Source of the DNA: Eledone cirrhosa
Taxonomy: Eukaryota
DNA: 64,000 nucleotides
Assembly: GCA_964016885.1 (NCBI GenBank)
Contig: OZ024751.1
Location: 39,432,001-39,496,000 of the forward strand
Reading direction: 5' to 3'
Below the pieces are notes generated by a model. That model did not search any database. It was not told the DNA's origin and saw only the letters and a list, made by a program, of their open reading frames with translations. The translations under genes and the position numbers were made by a program. The stretch's first letter is position 1; each line of letters opens with the position of its first letter. Shown here one piece after another: positions 43,471 through 58,844 of the stretch.

Positions 43471-44791
43471 TAAGTACATATGTGTAAGGATATCTGTGTG
43501 TATATATAAAGTAAAGACTGCAAGGAACAGCAAATGTCTGGAAGTTCCATTAACTTAATTCCACTGCATATGGTTCCTATTTATATGACAGAAAGGAGAT
43601 ATCGAAGGTGAGATGATTTCAGTACAACAGAATCTGTGACTATTTTCACTGCCGTACCATGTCATTGGGCCCTGAATTCCTGAGTTAATTGTAGGGCTGT
43701 TGTAAGGCACGAAAACCTGATGGATCCCATTCCTCTAAATACAGTCAATTTCTGAGGGGCAGAGAGGAAGGAAAAGGGGGTAGGAGGATAAAGAGAGAGG
43801 AGTGAGAGATAAAGAGAGAAAAGGGAGGAGAGATAGAGAGAGTGGGGTGAGAATGGGCGAGAGAATTGACCCCAGTACAAAACTAGCATCTTATTTACCA
43901 TAGGTTGCTTTCCAGATGCCAACCTTTTTCCTCACCTCTTACAACACTCAGAGATACAGTTTAGCCATAGTAAACTAGATATACACAGGGATACAGTGTA
44001 CCTATACTAAACCAGATATATACAGGGATACAGTGTACCTATACTGAACCAGATATATACAGGGATACAGTGTACCTATACTAAACCATCCACCTATATT
44101 ATACTATGATACAGTGTACCTATATTAAACCAGATACACACAGATATAATTAGAGATGTTATATGTTTAGTTAAGAGAAGTGGAAGCACATAATCCCAGC
44201 CTGTTGATGGATACCACCAGTTACATAAAGGAAGCTAGCAATTGGTTGTTTACTACTCCCAATAAACTAAATATACATACACTGATTGATGAAGTTAAAT
44301 CACATGTCAAACTATTCAACAAACAACAGGGGAAAATAATAACAACACCAAAAAAACCAACATTAAAAACACTGGGAGAAAATGATTGTTGCTATGGGAA
44401 ATAAAATAATTGAATTTTTTGTAGTTGTTGTTGTTGTTGTTGCAGTATTTTATTCAGTTTGTTTTTTTTTCTAATTTTCTCTATTTTCATTATTATTGTT
44501 GTTATTATTATTATTATTATTTATTACTTTTGTTTTTACTGTTGCCTTTGTTGTTATTATTATTATTATTAGGGTGGTGGATCGGCAGTAATCGATAGAG
44601 CGTCGGACAACATGCTTTGCACCATAGAATTACGGCCCTTTATGATCTGAGTTCAAATCCCGCCGAGGTTAACTCTGCCTTTCATCCTGAAGGGGTCGAT
44701 AAAATTAAGTACCAGTCACACACTGGGGTCGATTTAATCGACTTTCCCCTCTCCCTAAAAATATTGCTGGCATTGTGCCTAAATCAGAAAC

Positions 44792-44825
<34 letters not shown>

Positions 44826-45541
44826 GTTAGAGCATTGGCCTTGCAATCGAAAGGTTGTGAGTTCAATTCTCAGACCAGGTGATGTGTTGTTTCCTTGAGC
44901 AAGACACTTTATTTCACATTGCTCCAGTTTACTCAGCTGTAGAAATGAGATGTTAGGGACTGGAGTCCCTATCATTCCACTGCAAAATGGTCGTGGAGGT
45001 GCCACGGCAAAAAAGCACCCAGCACTCACTGTAAATGAGGTTGGTGTTAGGAAGGGCATCCAGCTGTAGAAATCAGGCCAGAATCAGTTCCCGTCCCACC
45101 CTTGCAAGCAGGGAAAAGTGGACGTAAAATGAAATGATGATGATGATGATGATTATTATTTGCAGGAGAGAATGGAGTTAATATGGAAGATGGGAAAGGT
45201 AATGATTGTAGTGGTTGTTGTGGTAGTGGTGGTAGTGATAATGGTTATGGTAGTGGTGGTAGTGGTAATGGTTGTAGTGGTGATGGTGGTGGTAGGGCTG
45301 ACATTGAAAATCTTAGAGATGTAATAATAATGAAAATAAAAAGAAATTTTATTTAAATGAAGAAAAAAGAAATTTTTTTTGGGAATATATTTGCTTTCAG
45401 TAAGATATATGGGCTTGGAAAAGTTAGAGGAGTTTAACGAAAAGATATCCAAAACTATTGATTAATTGGATAACCTATAATTTAAGAGAAGAAAAAAAAA
45501 GGGACAAGACAATGATATATCTATAAAGATATCTCTCTCTG

Positions 45542-45591
<50 letters not shown>

Positions 45592-45630
45592 TATTGAAGT
45601 TTCCGTTGAAAATTGAAAAAATCCGAGGAA

Positions 45631-45661
<31 letters not shown>

Positions 45662-45828
45662 AATACATATATATATTCATATACATATATATATACACAC
45701 ACACATATACACGCACATATATATATATATATACATACATACATATAACCATATATATATATATATACATAGATATATATAACCATATATATATAGAGAG
45801 ATAGATAGATATACGGATCATCAGCTCA

Positions 45829-45867
<39 letters not shown>

Positions 45868-46328
45868 CATACACATATATGTGTATGTGTATGTCTGTCA
45901 GGCTATGTCTCTGTATAAGTATCACTACACTACGTCTATTTTCCATCCTTGCATGGGTTAAATTGGTGGACATACATGAATGTACAAATTAATATAAATA
46001 ATTGTTTCTACTTTTGGCACAAGGCCAGCAATTACCCAGTGCATTACTGGTACTTTATTTTATCGACCCCGTAAGGATGAAAGGCAAAGTCAACCTCGGC
46101 GGGATTTGAACTCAGATCGTAAAGGGACGTAACTATGCTGGAAAGCATGGCGTCCGACCCTCTACCGATACTGCCAAACGACCGCCCAAATTAATATAAA
46201 TAATGATGATGATGCATATATATAGATGCATGTTTGTATATCAATATGGATATACATACACGCAACATATATATATGTATATATGTATATATGTATATAT
46301 ATATATATATATGAAAGACGTAAAATAA

Positions 46329-46837
46329 GAAAATTATAGTAATTAACTTACTTACTTAAATTTCACTCCAACTAATTAGTTTATGAAAGGGAATATACAT
46401 AGTCTTCAAATGGAGATCATGGAGAAACCTTTTCTTCATCAGGGAGTCATTCTCAGCTAAGATACCTGGCATGCGTGGACACGGAACTTATACAAAAATA
46501 ATTCAGTGGATGGAAAAGAGCAAGCAGGGACTAAATTCCAAGACACTGAAAAAATCGATGTCACGTGATTGATTCTTTTGAATTTGCCACCGACCAAGAA
46601 GGCAGTGATTTTTTCAGTGTCTTGGAATTTAGTCCCCACTTGCTCTTTTCCATCCACTGAATTATTTTTGTATAAGTTCCCTGTGTCCGTGCATCGCCAG
46701 GTATCTTAGCTAAGAATGACTCCCTGATGAAGAAAAGGTTTCTCCATGATCTCCATTTGAATACTATGTATATTCCCTTTCAGAAACTAATTAGTTGGAG
46801 TGAAATTTAAGTAAGTAAGTTAATTACTATAATTTTC
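46329..46837. mobile_element. Fold-back Penelope-like element with ~230-bp arms
   Basis: Arms 46329-46556 / 46607-46837 with roughly ten differences; hammerhead in the arms. Confidence 0.8.
46719..46801 (+). ncRNA. Type I hammerhead ribozyme
   Basis: Stem I ACUCC/GGAGU; CUGAUGA 46724-46730; long imperfect stem II (GAAAAGG/CCCUUUC, A-A at base); GAAA 46783-46786; palindromic stem III CUAAUUAG; GUU site. Confidence 0.72.
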
Positions 46838-47580
46838 AGACTGGGTGATGTGTTGTTTCCTTGAGCAAGACACTTTATTTCACATTGCTCCAGTTTACTC
46901 AGCTGTAGAAATGAGATGATAGGACTGGGGTCCCTATCATTCCACTGCAAAGTGGTCGTGGAGGTGCCACGGCAAAAAAGCACCCAGCCCACACTGTAAA
47001 TGAGGTTGGTGTTAGGAAGGGCATCCAGTTGTAGAAATCAAGCCAGAATCAGTTCCCATCCCACCCTTGCAAGCAGGGAAAAGCGGACGTAAAATGAGGA
47101 TGATGATGATATATATACACAAACATCCCTGATATTCTCAGCTCTCCTTCCAGAAAGACATGCTGGAGTTTAAATACCAAAGAAGCAGGCAGACTGACGT
47201 ACTGGCAGATAACCAGAGCAGGATATGGCAGGGCAGGGCATGAAGGCCCAGAGGCTGATGGAAAGGTAAGGCAAAGTGGAGCATGAAGACCCACAGGTAG
47301 TGTGGAGCAGGGTAGCACATGAAGACCCACCAGCTGGAGGACAGGCAGGGCAGAGTGCAGGCATGTAGGTGGAAAAGTAGAGGAAGGTGGTGGGTTGTAG
47401 GTGGAGAGGTAGGGCAGTGCAGACATGTAGGTGGGGAGGTCGAACAGGATGGGGGCCTATGGGTGGACAGGTAGAGCTGGATGGGCTTGAAGGTGGATGG
47501 GCAAGCAAGGAATATTTGCAGCATGTTTATTTGATGGAGCATGTTTACATTTATATGGTAAACAGAAAACACATCTCTTG

Positions 47581-47647
<67 letters not shown>

Positions 47648-48204
47648 AATATATGTATATATGTGTGTGAATATATATATATATATGATGTGTGTGTTTG
47701 TGTGGTGCATGGATGTGTGGATGTGTGTCGGTGCCAATCCAAACAACAGAGCTGGCAGATTTTACGCACTGTTCAAACAATAAGCACCAGCCTGGCTCCG
47801 ACAAATAAATAACTTGCGTCTTCAGATCTGCCCCAATTCAATAAAGGAACCACACACACACACATGCACACACGAACACATGCACATACAACCATATAAA
47901 CATACATGAGATAGAGACTTGCACATACATAAATATGTGCATATACACACAAGCACAGATAAACACATTCACACACATATACACACACACACATGAACAC
48001 AACCACTTAGAGTGGCACACAGAGACACACTGACACACACACATGTACACACTGACACACACATGTGCACACTGACACATATATACAGGTAGAAACAAAG
48101 ACACACACACACACACATATATACATATATATATATATACAAAGGGCCACATACATGTCCACAAACATTCACACAGACACACACATATACAGGCAGAAAC
48201 AAAG

Positions 48205-48268
<64 letters not shown>

Positions 48269-49286
48269 GGCCACATACATGTCCACAAATATTCACACAG
48301 ACACACACATACAGAGACACCCCAAAACACACCCACAGAGGGCAACAACACTACCCAAACTTAGTGGCTTTGATGAAATACTCATAATTCATAAAACTGA
48401 TAGATGTAAGTTTATGGCAGTGAAATTAAAAATATTAAAAATATATTTATTTTAAATAGATAAATAAACATTACAATGTTTATTTTATTATTATCATCAT
48501 TTTTTTTTCTTTTTACTTTCTTAGACTAAAAATATTAAAAAATTAATTTGAAATTAAAATATTCCCGATATACTGACATTACAAAAAATAAACAAAGAAA
48601 GTAAAATGAAATTTATTTTTAAATTATAAATATTAAAAAAAAAAAAAAATAATAAATTTTGTATATTAAAAAACGTGAATAATTTTTTTAAATGAGAAAT
48701 GTTTTAAAAAAAGTTTTTGGTTATCGAAAATAATTATTAAAAACTAAAGAAAAGAAATATAGAATTGCAATTGTCTGTTATATTGTATGAATGGTTTAAA
48801 ATTAGAACCCACATCTCTAAATAACAGAGTTTAATTAGTGAGGAGTATATAGTAAATTGTATTTACCATAAAACAGAGAAGACCTGTATTATTAAAAGAG
48901 AGCAGTATGAGAAACCATAGCAGGGAGAAATGCCAATATATTTCAACAGGAATTATTAAACATTGGTGATTTAATATTTTAAATTGCTTATGTGTATATA
49001 TATGTGTGCAAAAATGTGTATATATATATGTGTGTAAAAATGTATATACACACTTCAACAGCATTCTAATAAGTATTGCCTGTAGAGGTAAACAAAATGT
49101 GTATTTGTTTTTTGGGGTCACCCTATATATTATATATATATATATATATGTTATATATAAATAAGAGTGTGGTGAGTGTTTATATATATATATATATATA
49201 TGTGTGTGTTTGTGTGTATATATATGTATATATGCCTGCATGAATATATGGATGCATTTATAAGTACATATACATGCATACATTTT

Positions 49287-49318
<32 letters not shown>

Positions 49319-50605
49319 GTGCACCTGGTTTCATAATAAAAATTCAAAGTTGGTAGAGCACTCAATCCAAGGGAAGAATTGTGTTATAATATAGAATTTG
49401 TTTCTTATATTAACAGTACATTTTTCAAAATACACGTGTTTCACTGGGGGAGCCTAACAGACACTCAACTGTTGCCTGCTTTTGTTTTACTTTTTCTACA
49501 TGCCTAGTCACTAATAATTATTGCCCCTTTCTTTGGAACTCTCTAATGAAAAGAGAACTGAAGCAATACCAATACAAACATTCATTCTATGATGGCTGAA
49601 CTGAGATCTGAGTAATAGGTTAAGTAGCTAAATAGCTGTTGATTAATAGACATCTTTTTAACACTGTTGTGAGAGAAAATGGTAGGAAGGAAGATATGAA
49701 ATCACCATTTCTAAAACAAATCTAACACAAAGTGATTGTTACAGAACACTCTGGTTTTATTATATATATATATAAACATGCGTTATATATACACACAAAT
49801 CTGAATGATTGAGTACGGTGGTACATATGTACTACAGTATATTAGTGAGTATGGCCATGTCTCTTAGCATGTGTGTGTCTGTGTATACATGCTTATGTGT
49901 GTGTGTGTGCGTGTGTGTGTGTGCATGCAAGTGTATTTAACTGCTTATACAAACAGTGTTGGTGATAAAGCTTAACCCAAAACAAATGTTTATCATCATA
50001 AAGAAGGGAGAGAATACATAAAGAAGGAAGAACACAGTAGAATACAGAAGAATACAAAATACTACAAGAATATAAGAATACATGAGAATAGAAGAACAAG
50101 AATAGATCAATCAAAACTGACAGATTCAAACTTGAAACACACCCACACAGCAATGAAATCTTGGAAACAAATCATAGACTAGCCATCATTAATGTAATTA
50201 AACCAACATAATTACTGTTCTCTGTTCAGACATTCCTACCAACACCACCGCCAGCACAACCCCCTGCCACTCTTACCATGCCCTGCCAACCAAAGTTTAC
50301 ACAGATCCTTGCAAAGTTCTCAAACTTGCAGAATTTCAAAATAAAACAGAAAACTTCAGGAGAGAAAAAAATTTCTTTTCCTCCCCTCTCCTCTCATTTC
50401 CCCACCTCTCCTCTCCTCTCATCTCCCCACCTCTCCTCTCATCTCCTCTCCTTTCCTCCCCACTCCTCTCCTTTTCCCTCCTCTCATCTCCATTACAGTG
50501 TATATGGTGCAACTGTGGTTACATAACCAATTACTATTGCAGCACTCTGTCTTAGATTGTGTTTATGTATGTATGTGTTTGTATGTATATCTACACACAG
50601 ATATA

Positions 50606-50636
<31 letters not shown>

Positions 50637-50792
50637 CATCATCATCATCGTTTAACGTCCATCTTCCACGCTAGCATGGGTTAGACGGTTTTGTTCCATT
50701 TGATGCGGGAATGGTCGAGAGACCGTGTCTCCCTTGTATGGAAGTGTCTCTGGCAGGTTTTTTTTACAGCTGGATGCCCTTATATATATGTA

Positions 50793-50873
50793 CAGGCTAT
50801 CCCCCCAAAAAATATATACACATATCTATTAGAATGCTGTTGAAGTGTGTATACATTAGTTGGGGACACCCTG
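50793..50873. mobile_element. Tiny Tc1/mariner-type MITE
   Basis: TA|caggctatcccc ... ggggacaccctg|TA; related inverted fragment at 49040-49125. Confidence 0.65.
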
Positions 50874-51370
50874 TATATGTATATATTCATTATATTATAG
50901 AAATAGCGGTGGATTGGCAGTATCGGTAGAGGGTCGGACGCCATGCTTTCTAGCATAGTTATGTCCCTTTACATTCTGAGTTCAAATCCCGCCGAGGTTA
51001 ACTTTGCCTTTCATCCTTATGGGGTCGATAAAATAAAGTACCAGTAATGCACTGGGTAATTGCTGGCCTTGTGCCTAAAGTAGAAACAATTATATTATAG
51101 AAATAGCTTCTACAGGGCTAGAACTATTTCATTCACTGACACAGACACAGACACAGACATTCAAGAAAGCAGGCCAGAGCATACTACAGCAGCAATATAT
51201 TACAGTGCTGTTGTCAAGGTTTGAACCCATGTTTGCCAAGCTTGCTGGTCCAACACTTTAACCACACAGCCATTGTGTTGGCAGCAGAGGATAGAAAGAA
51301 TAAGAAAAATAAGGCAAAACAACAACAACAACAAAAAATTGATTTTTCTCTCCAAACCAAAGAATGATAT

Positions 51371-51468
51371 TGTCCCCTGCCACCGACCATGTCTGTCCCC
51401 TGCCACCGACCATGTCTGTCCCCTGCCACCGACCATGTCTGTCCCCTGCCACCAACCATGTCTGTCCC
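51371..51468. repeat. 22-bp tandem repeat (tgtcccctgccaccgaccatgtc-like), about 4.5 units
   Basis: Seen directly. Confidence 0.9.
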
Positions 51469-51856
51469 CACCCCTACAGTAATTATAAATGACCTCCCCC
51501 CTTCATTTTCTACTTGACTGACAGCTGCATTGTGCATTGTGCAGGGATCTGTACAACACTGCACATAATCTCTCTCTCTCTCTCTCTCATACTGACTCTC
51601 TTTATCTCTCTCTCTATCTGATACTGACTCTTTCTCTCAATTTTTCTTTCTCCTCTTTCTCTCTGTTATCTACTCCCCCTCTCTCTTAATGACTATCTTT
51701 CTTACTTTCATAGTTTCCCCATTACTCTTTCTCTCTTTCCCTTAATTTTACTTTCTCGTTCTCTCTCTCACTCTCTATGTGTTCATTACTCCCTCCCCCT
51801 CTCCCTCCCTCTCCCTCTTAATGACTATCTTTCTTATTTGCACATTCTCCCTCTTG

Positions 51857-51986
<130 letters not shown>

Positions 51987-52063
51987 TCCTCTATTACTTT
52001 CACTTCTCCCCACTCTCTCTCAACAACATTATACATTGTTCTGTATTACACTGTACACACACA

Positions 52064-52097
<34 letters not shown>

Positions 52098-52514
52098 GTA
52101 TTCTGTCTCTTTTCGTTCATTCTCTCTCTCTCTCATTTCCTTTATTCTCTCTCTCTCTCTCTCTCTTCCTCTCTCTCTCTCTCTCTTCCTCTCTCTCTCT
52201 CCTTTAGTTCACCACTCTCTCTCTCTCTCTCTCTCTCTCAATCCCTCTCCTTCAGTTCACCACTCTCTCTCTCTGTCCCTCACTATCCACAAGCTCCCTC
52301 TCCTTCAATTTGCCTCTCTCAATCTCTGTCCCTCACTATCTCAATTTGCCCCCACCCCACCACATACACACCTATCCATCATTTCCAGCGTAGTCCCACA
52401 TATTCTTCCAGCCCCTGGTTTGGCAAAATAAGACAACAATAGTTGAGTGTCTCAAGACATTGGATTACTGATTCTACATCAAAGTCAGGAATTGTAATGA
52501 GGAATGTTCTTGAA

Positions 52515-52940
52515 CACACAACACACAGCAATACACAACAATACACAACACACAGCAATACACAATAATACACAACAATACACAACAATACACAACACAC
52601 AGCAATACACAACACACAGCAATACACAATAATACACAACACACAGCAATACACAACAACACACAGCAATACACAACACAGCAATACACAACAACACACA
52701 GCACACAACAATACACAACAATACATAGCAATACACAACACACAGCAATACACAACACACAGAAATACACAACAATACACAACACACAACACACAGAAAT
52801 ACACAACAATACACAACACATAACACACAGCAACACACAACAATACACAACACATAACACACAACAATATACAACACACAACACACAACAGCAACACAAC
52901 ACACTACACACAACACAGAAGTCACAACAAACATCACACA
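52515..52940. repeat. CA-rich minisatellite (caatacacaacacacag)
   Basis: Seen directly. Confidence 0.9.
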
Positions 52941-53533
52941 ATATGGAAGTCACAACATAAAGACAACTGTCTCTCTCTGTTGTCTGAGAAGCCAAGACAC
53001 ATCCAACAAGCCCAGTCTGAGAAAAGCAAGTTAATAATACACAATATAGAGCCTTATCCCTGATGCCAAGACACATCCATCAAACACTTCACATCAACAA
53101 TCAAGTTAACACTGCAACCAGGCACCATTTCATAGACATTGGTTCAATGGTCACAGTTGAACGGTCACAGTTGAATAGACACAGTTGAATGGTCAAAGTT
53201 AGGTGAAGCATAAAGCAGTAAAATTTCTCTTTAAAAATGTTCTTTTTTCAAATGGAATGGTGAATTAAAGGAATAATAACAAAAGAAATGTGTTTAATTA
53301 AAAAGAACAACGGAATTCTATGAATTAGTTGACAAGAAATACAAACCTACAGCCTACCTTGTGCTCTCGCTCTCTCTCTCTCTATATATATATACATATA
53401 AATGTATATATATACATGTATTTAAATGTATATATATACATGTATGTAAATGTATATATTTATATATATATGTAAATGTATATATTTATATATATATGTA
53501 AATGTATATATTTATATATATATATACATATAT

Positions 53534-53974
53534 GCAAAAGTTCTATTTAAAATTGTTGGGATACAACAAGTAAATATTTTTATAACTGATATAAAGCACT
53601 CCACAAATTTTTGGAGTAGATATACGATATTAATAAATGGAAACTATATTTATAAAACCATATTTATTTCATTATACATATTTCAGGGATACCACATTAA
53701 ATTATGGTATGCCTTCATATGACAAAATACAATATATAACAGTTTTACAAATAGGTTTGACGTACCCTTAAAATACAACCATTACTTTTATCTAGACAGC
53801 CTCCAAAAGTAATAGTTGTATTTTAAGGGTACGTCAAACCTATTTGTAAAACTGTTATATATTGTATTTTGTCTGATGAAGGCATACCATAATTTAATGT
53901 GGTATCCCTGAAATATGTATAATGAAATAAATATGGTTTTATAAATATAGTTTCCATTTATTAATATCGTATAT
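53534..53974. mobile_element. Fold-back Penelope-like element with 170-bp arms + tail
   Basis: Arms 53620-53789 / 53805-53974 (3 mismatches seen), 15-nt loop; tail 53534-53619 with ACTCC..GGAGTGCTT on minus; TA tracts both sides. Confidence 0.85.
53865..53929 (+). ncRNA. Type I hammerhead ribozyme
   Basis: Stem I UAUUUUGU/AUGAAAUA; CUGAUGA 53873-53879; stem II AGG-C-AUACCA/UGGUAU-C-CCU; GAAA 53910-53913; UAUGUA then UA site. Confidence 0.85.
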
Positions 53975-53982
53975 ATACATAT

Positions 53983-54014
<32 letters not shown>

Positions 54015-54521
54015 ATATATATATATATATGTGTATGTATATATATGTGTATATATATATATATAATATATATATATGTGTGTATATGTATATATATATA
54101 TATACAAGGTGAGAGAGAATGATTACATAGATAGATAATATGTGTGTGTGTGTGCATGTGTGAGTGTGTGTTTGTTGTGTGCATGTGTGTGTGTGTGTGT
54201 GTGTGTGTGAATGTATATGACATATACAGAACGAAGATGGCTAGATCTCTCTGTGTGTGACAGATGATGAAGGACCTTGATGAGTAGCCAGGCACTGCAA
54301 CACCCATCCAACCCATGCTAACATGTAAACAGACATATGATGATGATGATGATGATGCATATATACATATACATTTCATTACACACAAATAAGTATATAT
54401 TACATATATTATTTTTGTTATTTCTGTTTACCTTTTACATACATCATCATCATCATCATCTTCGTTTAACGTACGTTTTCCACGATGATTGTGTTTGTAT
54501 GTGTAGTTTTGTTTGTCTGTC

Positions 54522-54552
<31 letters not shown>

Positions 54553-56691
54553 ATGAGTGTCTATGTGTGCATATCATGCTGGCTGGACAATCTGGAATAG
54601 TGAAAACGGTTGACAGCAAACCTCTTAGTCACAGATGCCTTCTTCATATTATGACAGAAGTTCAAGGAAGAAACTCTGGTGCTTTTTAGCCAACCCAACG
54701 AAGCCTAACACAACCTAACTGACAGCATCACTGGAATTAATTAATGGTAATGCCAGGAATATGTGCTTCATGTACTTCATACAAATCTAAAGATCCTATC
54801 TTGGGTGCTTGGGTCACTCTGACTAAATAGTATGACAGCTGCTTCTAATAATAATATATTCTCTGTGCAGGCATGGCTACGTGGTTAAGAAGGTCAGTTC
54901 AGAACCATATAGTTATGGGTTCAATTCCACTCTAGAGGTAATTTGGTCAAGAAATTGTCTTCTCATATAGCATCAGACTGACCAATGCCTTCAGAGTGAC
55001 ATTAGGTATAACACTGTCTAATGTTCTAATTAAACTGTCAATCCATCTGACATGATTGGTTCCGTATTTATTGGCTCTGTAGTGAAATTATAACAAAAGT
55101 TCAAAACACAGACCTGCGTAACTATGAGGTCATCATTAAGGGGTATATGGACCCCAACTCAACTCAGTTGTGTTTTATCTTCTCACTCTTAACTCGACTA
55201 TGTTTCCTGAAAGGTATTAATACTAGAGTCTGAATAAAAAGCATTCAGTTCACCCTTTAAAGAGGCAGAGCTGATGCCACAGCAAAAAACACCCAATTTG
55301 CCTTGTGAGGTGGTAGTGCCGATCCCACAACAAAATGTACAGTCTGCACTGTGAGACAGTAGTGCTGGTGCCTTGACAAAAATCACCCAGTCCACCAAGA
55401 GAGGTAGTAGGACTAATACCACAACAAAATGCATCCAGTGTGCCCTGTAAGATAGCAGTGCTGGAGTCACAATAAAATGTTCCCAGTACACGCTGGTTGG
55501 CATTAGGAAGAGCATCCAGCCATAGAAAACAAGCCAAAAATGGACCCTGCAAGCAAGATGGGGGCATGTGAGCAGTCTAGCCTCAGTACATAACAACCTA
55601 TCTAACCAATGCAAGCATGGAAAATAGTTGTTAAATAATGGTGATGATGATACCTTATGACATTTAATCCAACACTCTAATGACATAGAGGGCAACAAAT
55701 TGCCTCTATGAAATCAGAATGTAGAGAGCCAGAACAGACACTGCAAGGTTTTCTATGAGAAGTTCTAGAGATTCTACCAATTTACTGCCATAACATAGAA
55801 GACGGGCAAACTCTAAAGAAATTGAACATTTTATAACAACATAAGGATAACTACTAGAGTATACAAAGTATTAACAGTGGAAGACGTGTACATACAAACA
55901 AATAAAATGAAGTAGTTAAATGAATTAAGATATAGAAAAATAGAATTAGAGAAAATTACAGCTGAACCTAGTATGAAGGCAAGAAACAAATGTTTGTTTA
56001 TTCAAAACCAATGATGTTTATATGGTAAGGTCACAGCTACCAAAGTAGTTAAGTGGTTTGAGACCAGACATAGCTAAGTTAGTGCTTTTCTGAGCTAATA
56101 TTTGGGAAAAGAACACCACAACAAGAGTATAAAACAATGTTTAAATAAAAAAGATAAATATGCAATTACTAGCTGCAGTAGTCAATCTTGCCAAGGTTTA
56201 TTAACCTTTTCATTACCATATGTCTAATGAAAGACACTGCCAATGATTTTCAAATAAATTTAGAATAATCAGGATTTAGTGCTGCTATCTGGTGCCAAGA
56301 CAGAGTTAAGAAGACATCACAACCTCTCTAGAGCTGGTGCCATGACTAAATTCACCCTGTGCACTCTGTAAAGTGGTTGATGTTAGGAAGGTCAAGACTA
56401 AAAAGTCCTTTTAACCCTACATGGTCACCATTCATTCACCAACAATTTTACAGAGTATACTAGATGCATTTAGTTGGGATTCCATGTATTTAGTTATAAT
56501 ACCAGCACTACAACACTAAGTGAGATTTACCTGTCCTCAGCAAGATTAAAAGGTCCTCTCAACTCAACATTATCCCATTCATTTGTGTGATAACATTAGC
56601 CTTTTGAATTACAGTTACAGTATATCCAATGAGCTTTTAAAACATCTACTTAACATCAAGGCACTAGCTCAAGATATTTGAGAATGAATCC

Positions 56692-56836
56692 ATTGACACT
56701 GGCTCAAGATGTTTGACTGTGTCTAATGACACTGGCTCAAGATGTTTGATGTGTCCAATGACATTGGCTTAAGATGTTTGACTGTGTCTAATGACACAGG
56801 CTCAAGATGTTTGACTGTGTGTCCAATGGCTCAAGA
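56692..56836. repeat. ~30-bp tandem repeat (tgacactggctcaagatgtttgactgtgtctaa-like)
   Basis: About five degenerate units seen directly. Confidence 0.8.
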
Positions 56837-57822
56837 AGCCATATGGTGAGATCAAACCCAGGATTTAATGATTACAAAGTGAAATTCTTAATCAATTGAG
56901 TATGTTGTGTCAACACTATGGTCACCTAATAGATGAGAGAATCACATGACAAAGACACAAGTATTTGTTAGTTGATTACTTTCTTCTAGGTCACACTAAT
57001 TAATAAAACAGGAGAATAGAAAGAAGTAGACACAAAGAGAACTGTTTTGATTTGGATCAAGTTCTAGACAAACAACCTTTCTCCATGAATTGGAAAAATG
57101 TCTTTGAAAGACTTAACAGAAGAAAAAAAATTCTTAAAGATCTTTTCTGAATTTCATAATGATTTGACCTTTCATTGAGTTGTTTATTTTAAAGGTGAGC
57201 AAACAAATACTTTAAATAAATTCATAAATAAATGAATGAATAATATTAAAAAATAAATAAAATTAAATTCAAAAATCAACTTAAAATGAAAACAAAATAT
57301 TTGTTTAATAACTTTAATAGACGTAGTGTAAAATTTAATGGATCAGTTAAAATTAGCAACAAGGAGATGGACATCTGTTTATAGATGACTGAAGAAGATA
57401 AGATTCTTTTTCATAACTTGTCTTTTGTAGCGGAAAACCTCTGCTACATAATTCTTTCTGAAGAATGGCTGCTACTGCTAGCAGTGAACAGCAAATAAAT
57501 GGCTTTATATTGAAATAGAAAACTTTCCATCTTTCCAATACTGAACTATCAAAATAAGCGAATAAATATTTACTAAGAATATTCTATTTCATCAAAGTCT
57601 TTCTTCCCCACAACCACCCCCAATCATTTGCTTCCCAAAATTATTATGTACGTTAGATTACCTGAAAATTAGAATATCTTAAAAACATAACTGGAGCAAT
57701 GATTTTTTAAAAAATGTCAATGCATCATTGATGTTTAGCCTCGAGTCAGTGTTCTTTGAGTAGACTGACTAATAAATGGCTTTCCAGTCATAACCATCCT
57801 TCCTGTCCTCTTTTCAGACATA

Positions 57823-57912
<90 letters not shown>

Positions 57913-58051
57913 CAAGATAGATACAGTAAGAAACTGGTTAGACCGTTACCCACCAGCATACTCAATACCTGGGGTAGTAGAGTATGGTTATATGAAAGAG
58001 TCAGGATTCCGAAGGCTGAGCTCTTGCCTTTTCAACAGCTTATTTCCAGAC

Positions 58052-58104
<53 letters not shown>

Positions 58105-58112
<8 letters not shown>

Positions 58113-58441
58113 AGATCAAAAGATGGTTGAAGGAGTTCCATGTATTTTATTATGCGCATTTCAAAAACAAACATCATCATGCAATAATATTTGTGTTTTC
58201 ATCAGATAAAACAGGAGAACATGATATGAAGGCTAAAAAACACTTGTGGATAGTGCAGTTTTAAATCAACATAACATGCATGATGATGTTTGTTTTTGAA
58301 ATGCGCATAATAAAATATATGGAACTCCTTTAACCATCTTTTGATCTTATATTATGCATACTCCAGTCCCACAAACTGTAGAGTGCTTCTTATCCGATAT
58401 CTGCATTGCTTTATTGTACTACAATAAAACTCACCTCCTAC
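58105..58441. mobile_element. Fold-back Penelope-like element with 79-bp arms + tail
   Basis: Arms 58105-58183 / 58277-58355; tail 58356-58441 with ACTCC..AGAGTGCTT; TA tracts both sides. Confidence 0.8.
58145..58211 (-). ncRNA. Type I hammerhead ribozyme on the COG1-sense strand
   Basis: Minus strand: UUUUAU-CUGAUGA-AAACACAAAUAUUAUUGCAUGAUGAUGUUUGUUUUU-GAAA-UGCGCA-UA-AUAAAA. Confidence 0.8.
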
Positions 58442-58546
58442 ATATATATATATATATATATATAGTAATAATAATAAATGTGAAGACTAAAATCCAAAGA
58501 GGGCTCGATAAGGATAGATATATTTCAAATATATAAGAACCCTAGA

Positions 58547-58600
<54 letters not shown>

Positions 58601-58602
<2 letters not shown>

Positions 58603-58787
58603 CGAAGGAAATGTGGTAAGAAACCAGGTGGACCATAACGCACCAAAGTACTCAATACTTAGGGTAGTAGAGTGGGTAATAGGAACAAGTATGACCCCGA
58701 CGGCTGAGCTCAAGCCATTTCGACGGCTAATTCTGCAATTAGCTGTCGAAACGGCTTGAGCTCAGCCGTCGGGGTCCTACTCGTTCC

Positions 58788-58789
<2 letters not shown>
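58601..58789 (-). mobile_element. Family H1 fold-back element (hairpin + tail)
   Basis: Arms of ~53 bp around a 4-nt loop, H1 tail on the left, TA tracts both sides. Confidence 0.75.
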
Positions 58790-58844
<55 letters not shown>

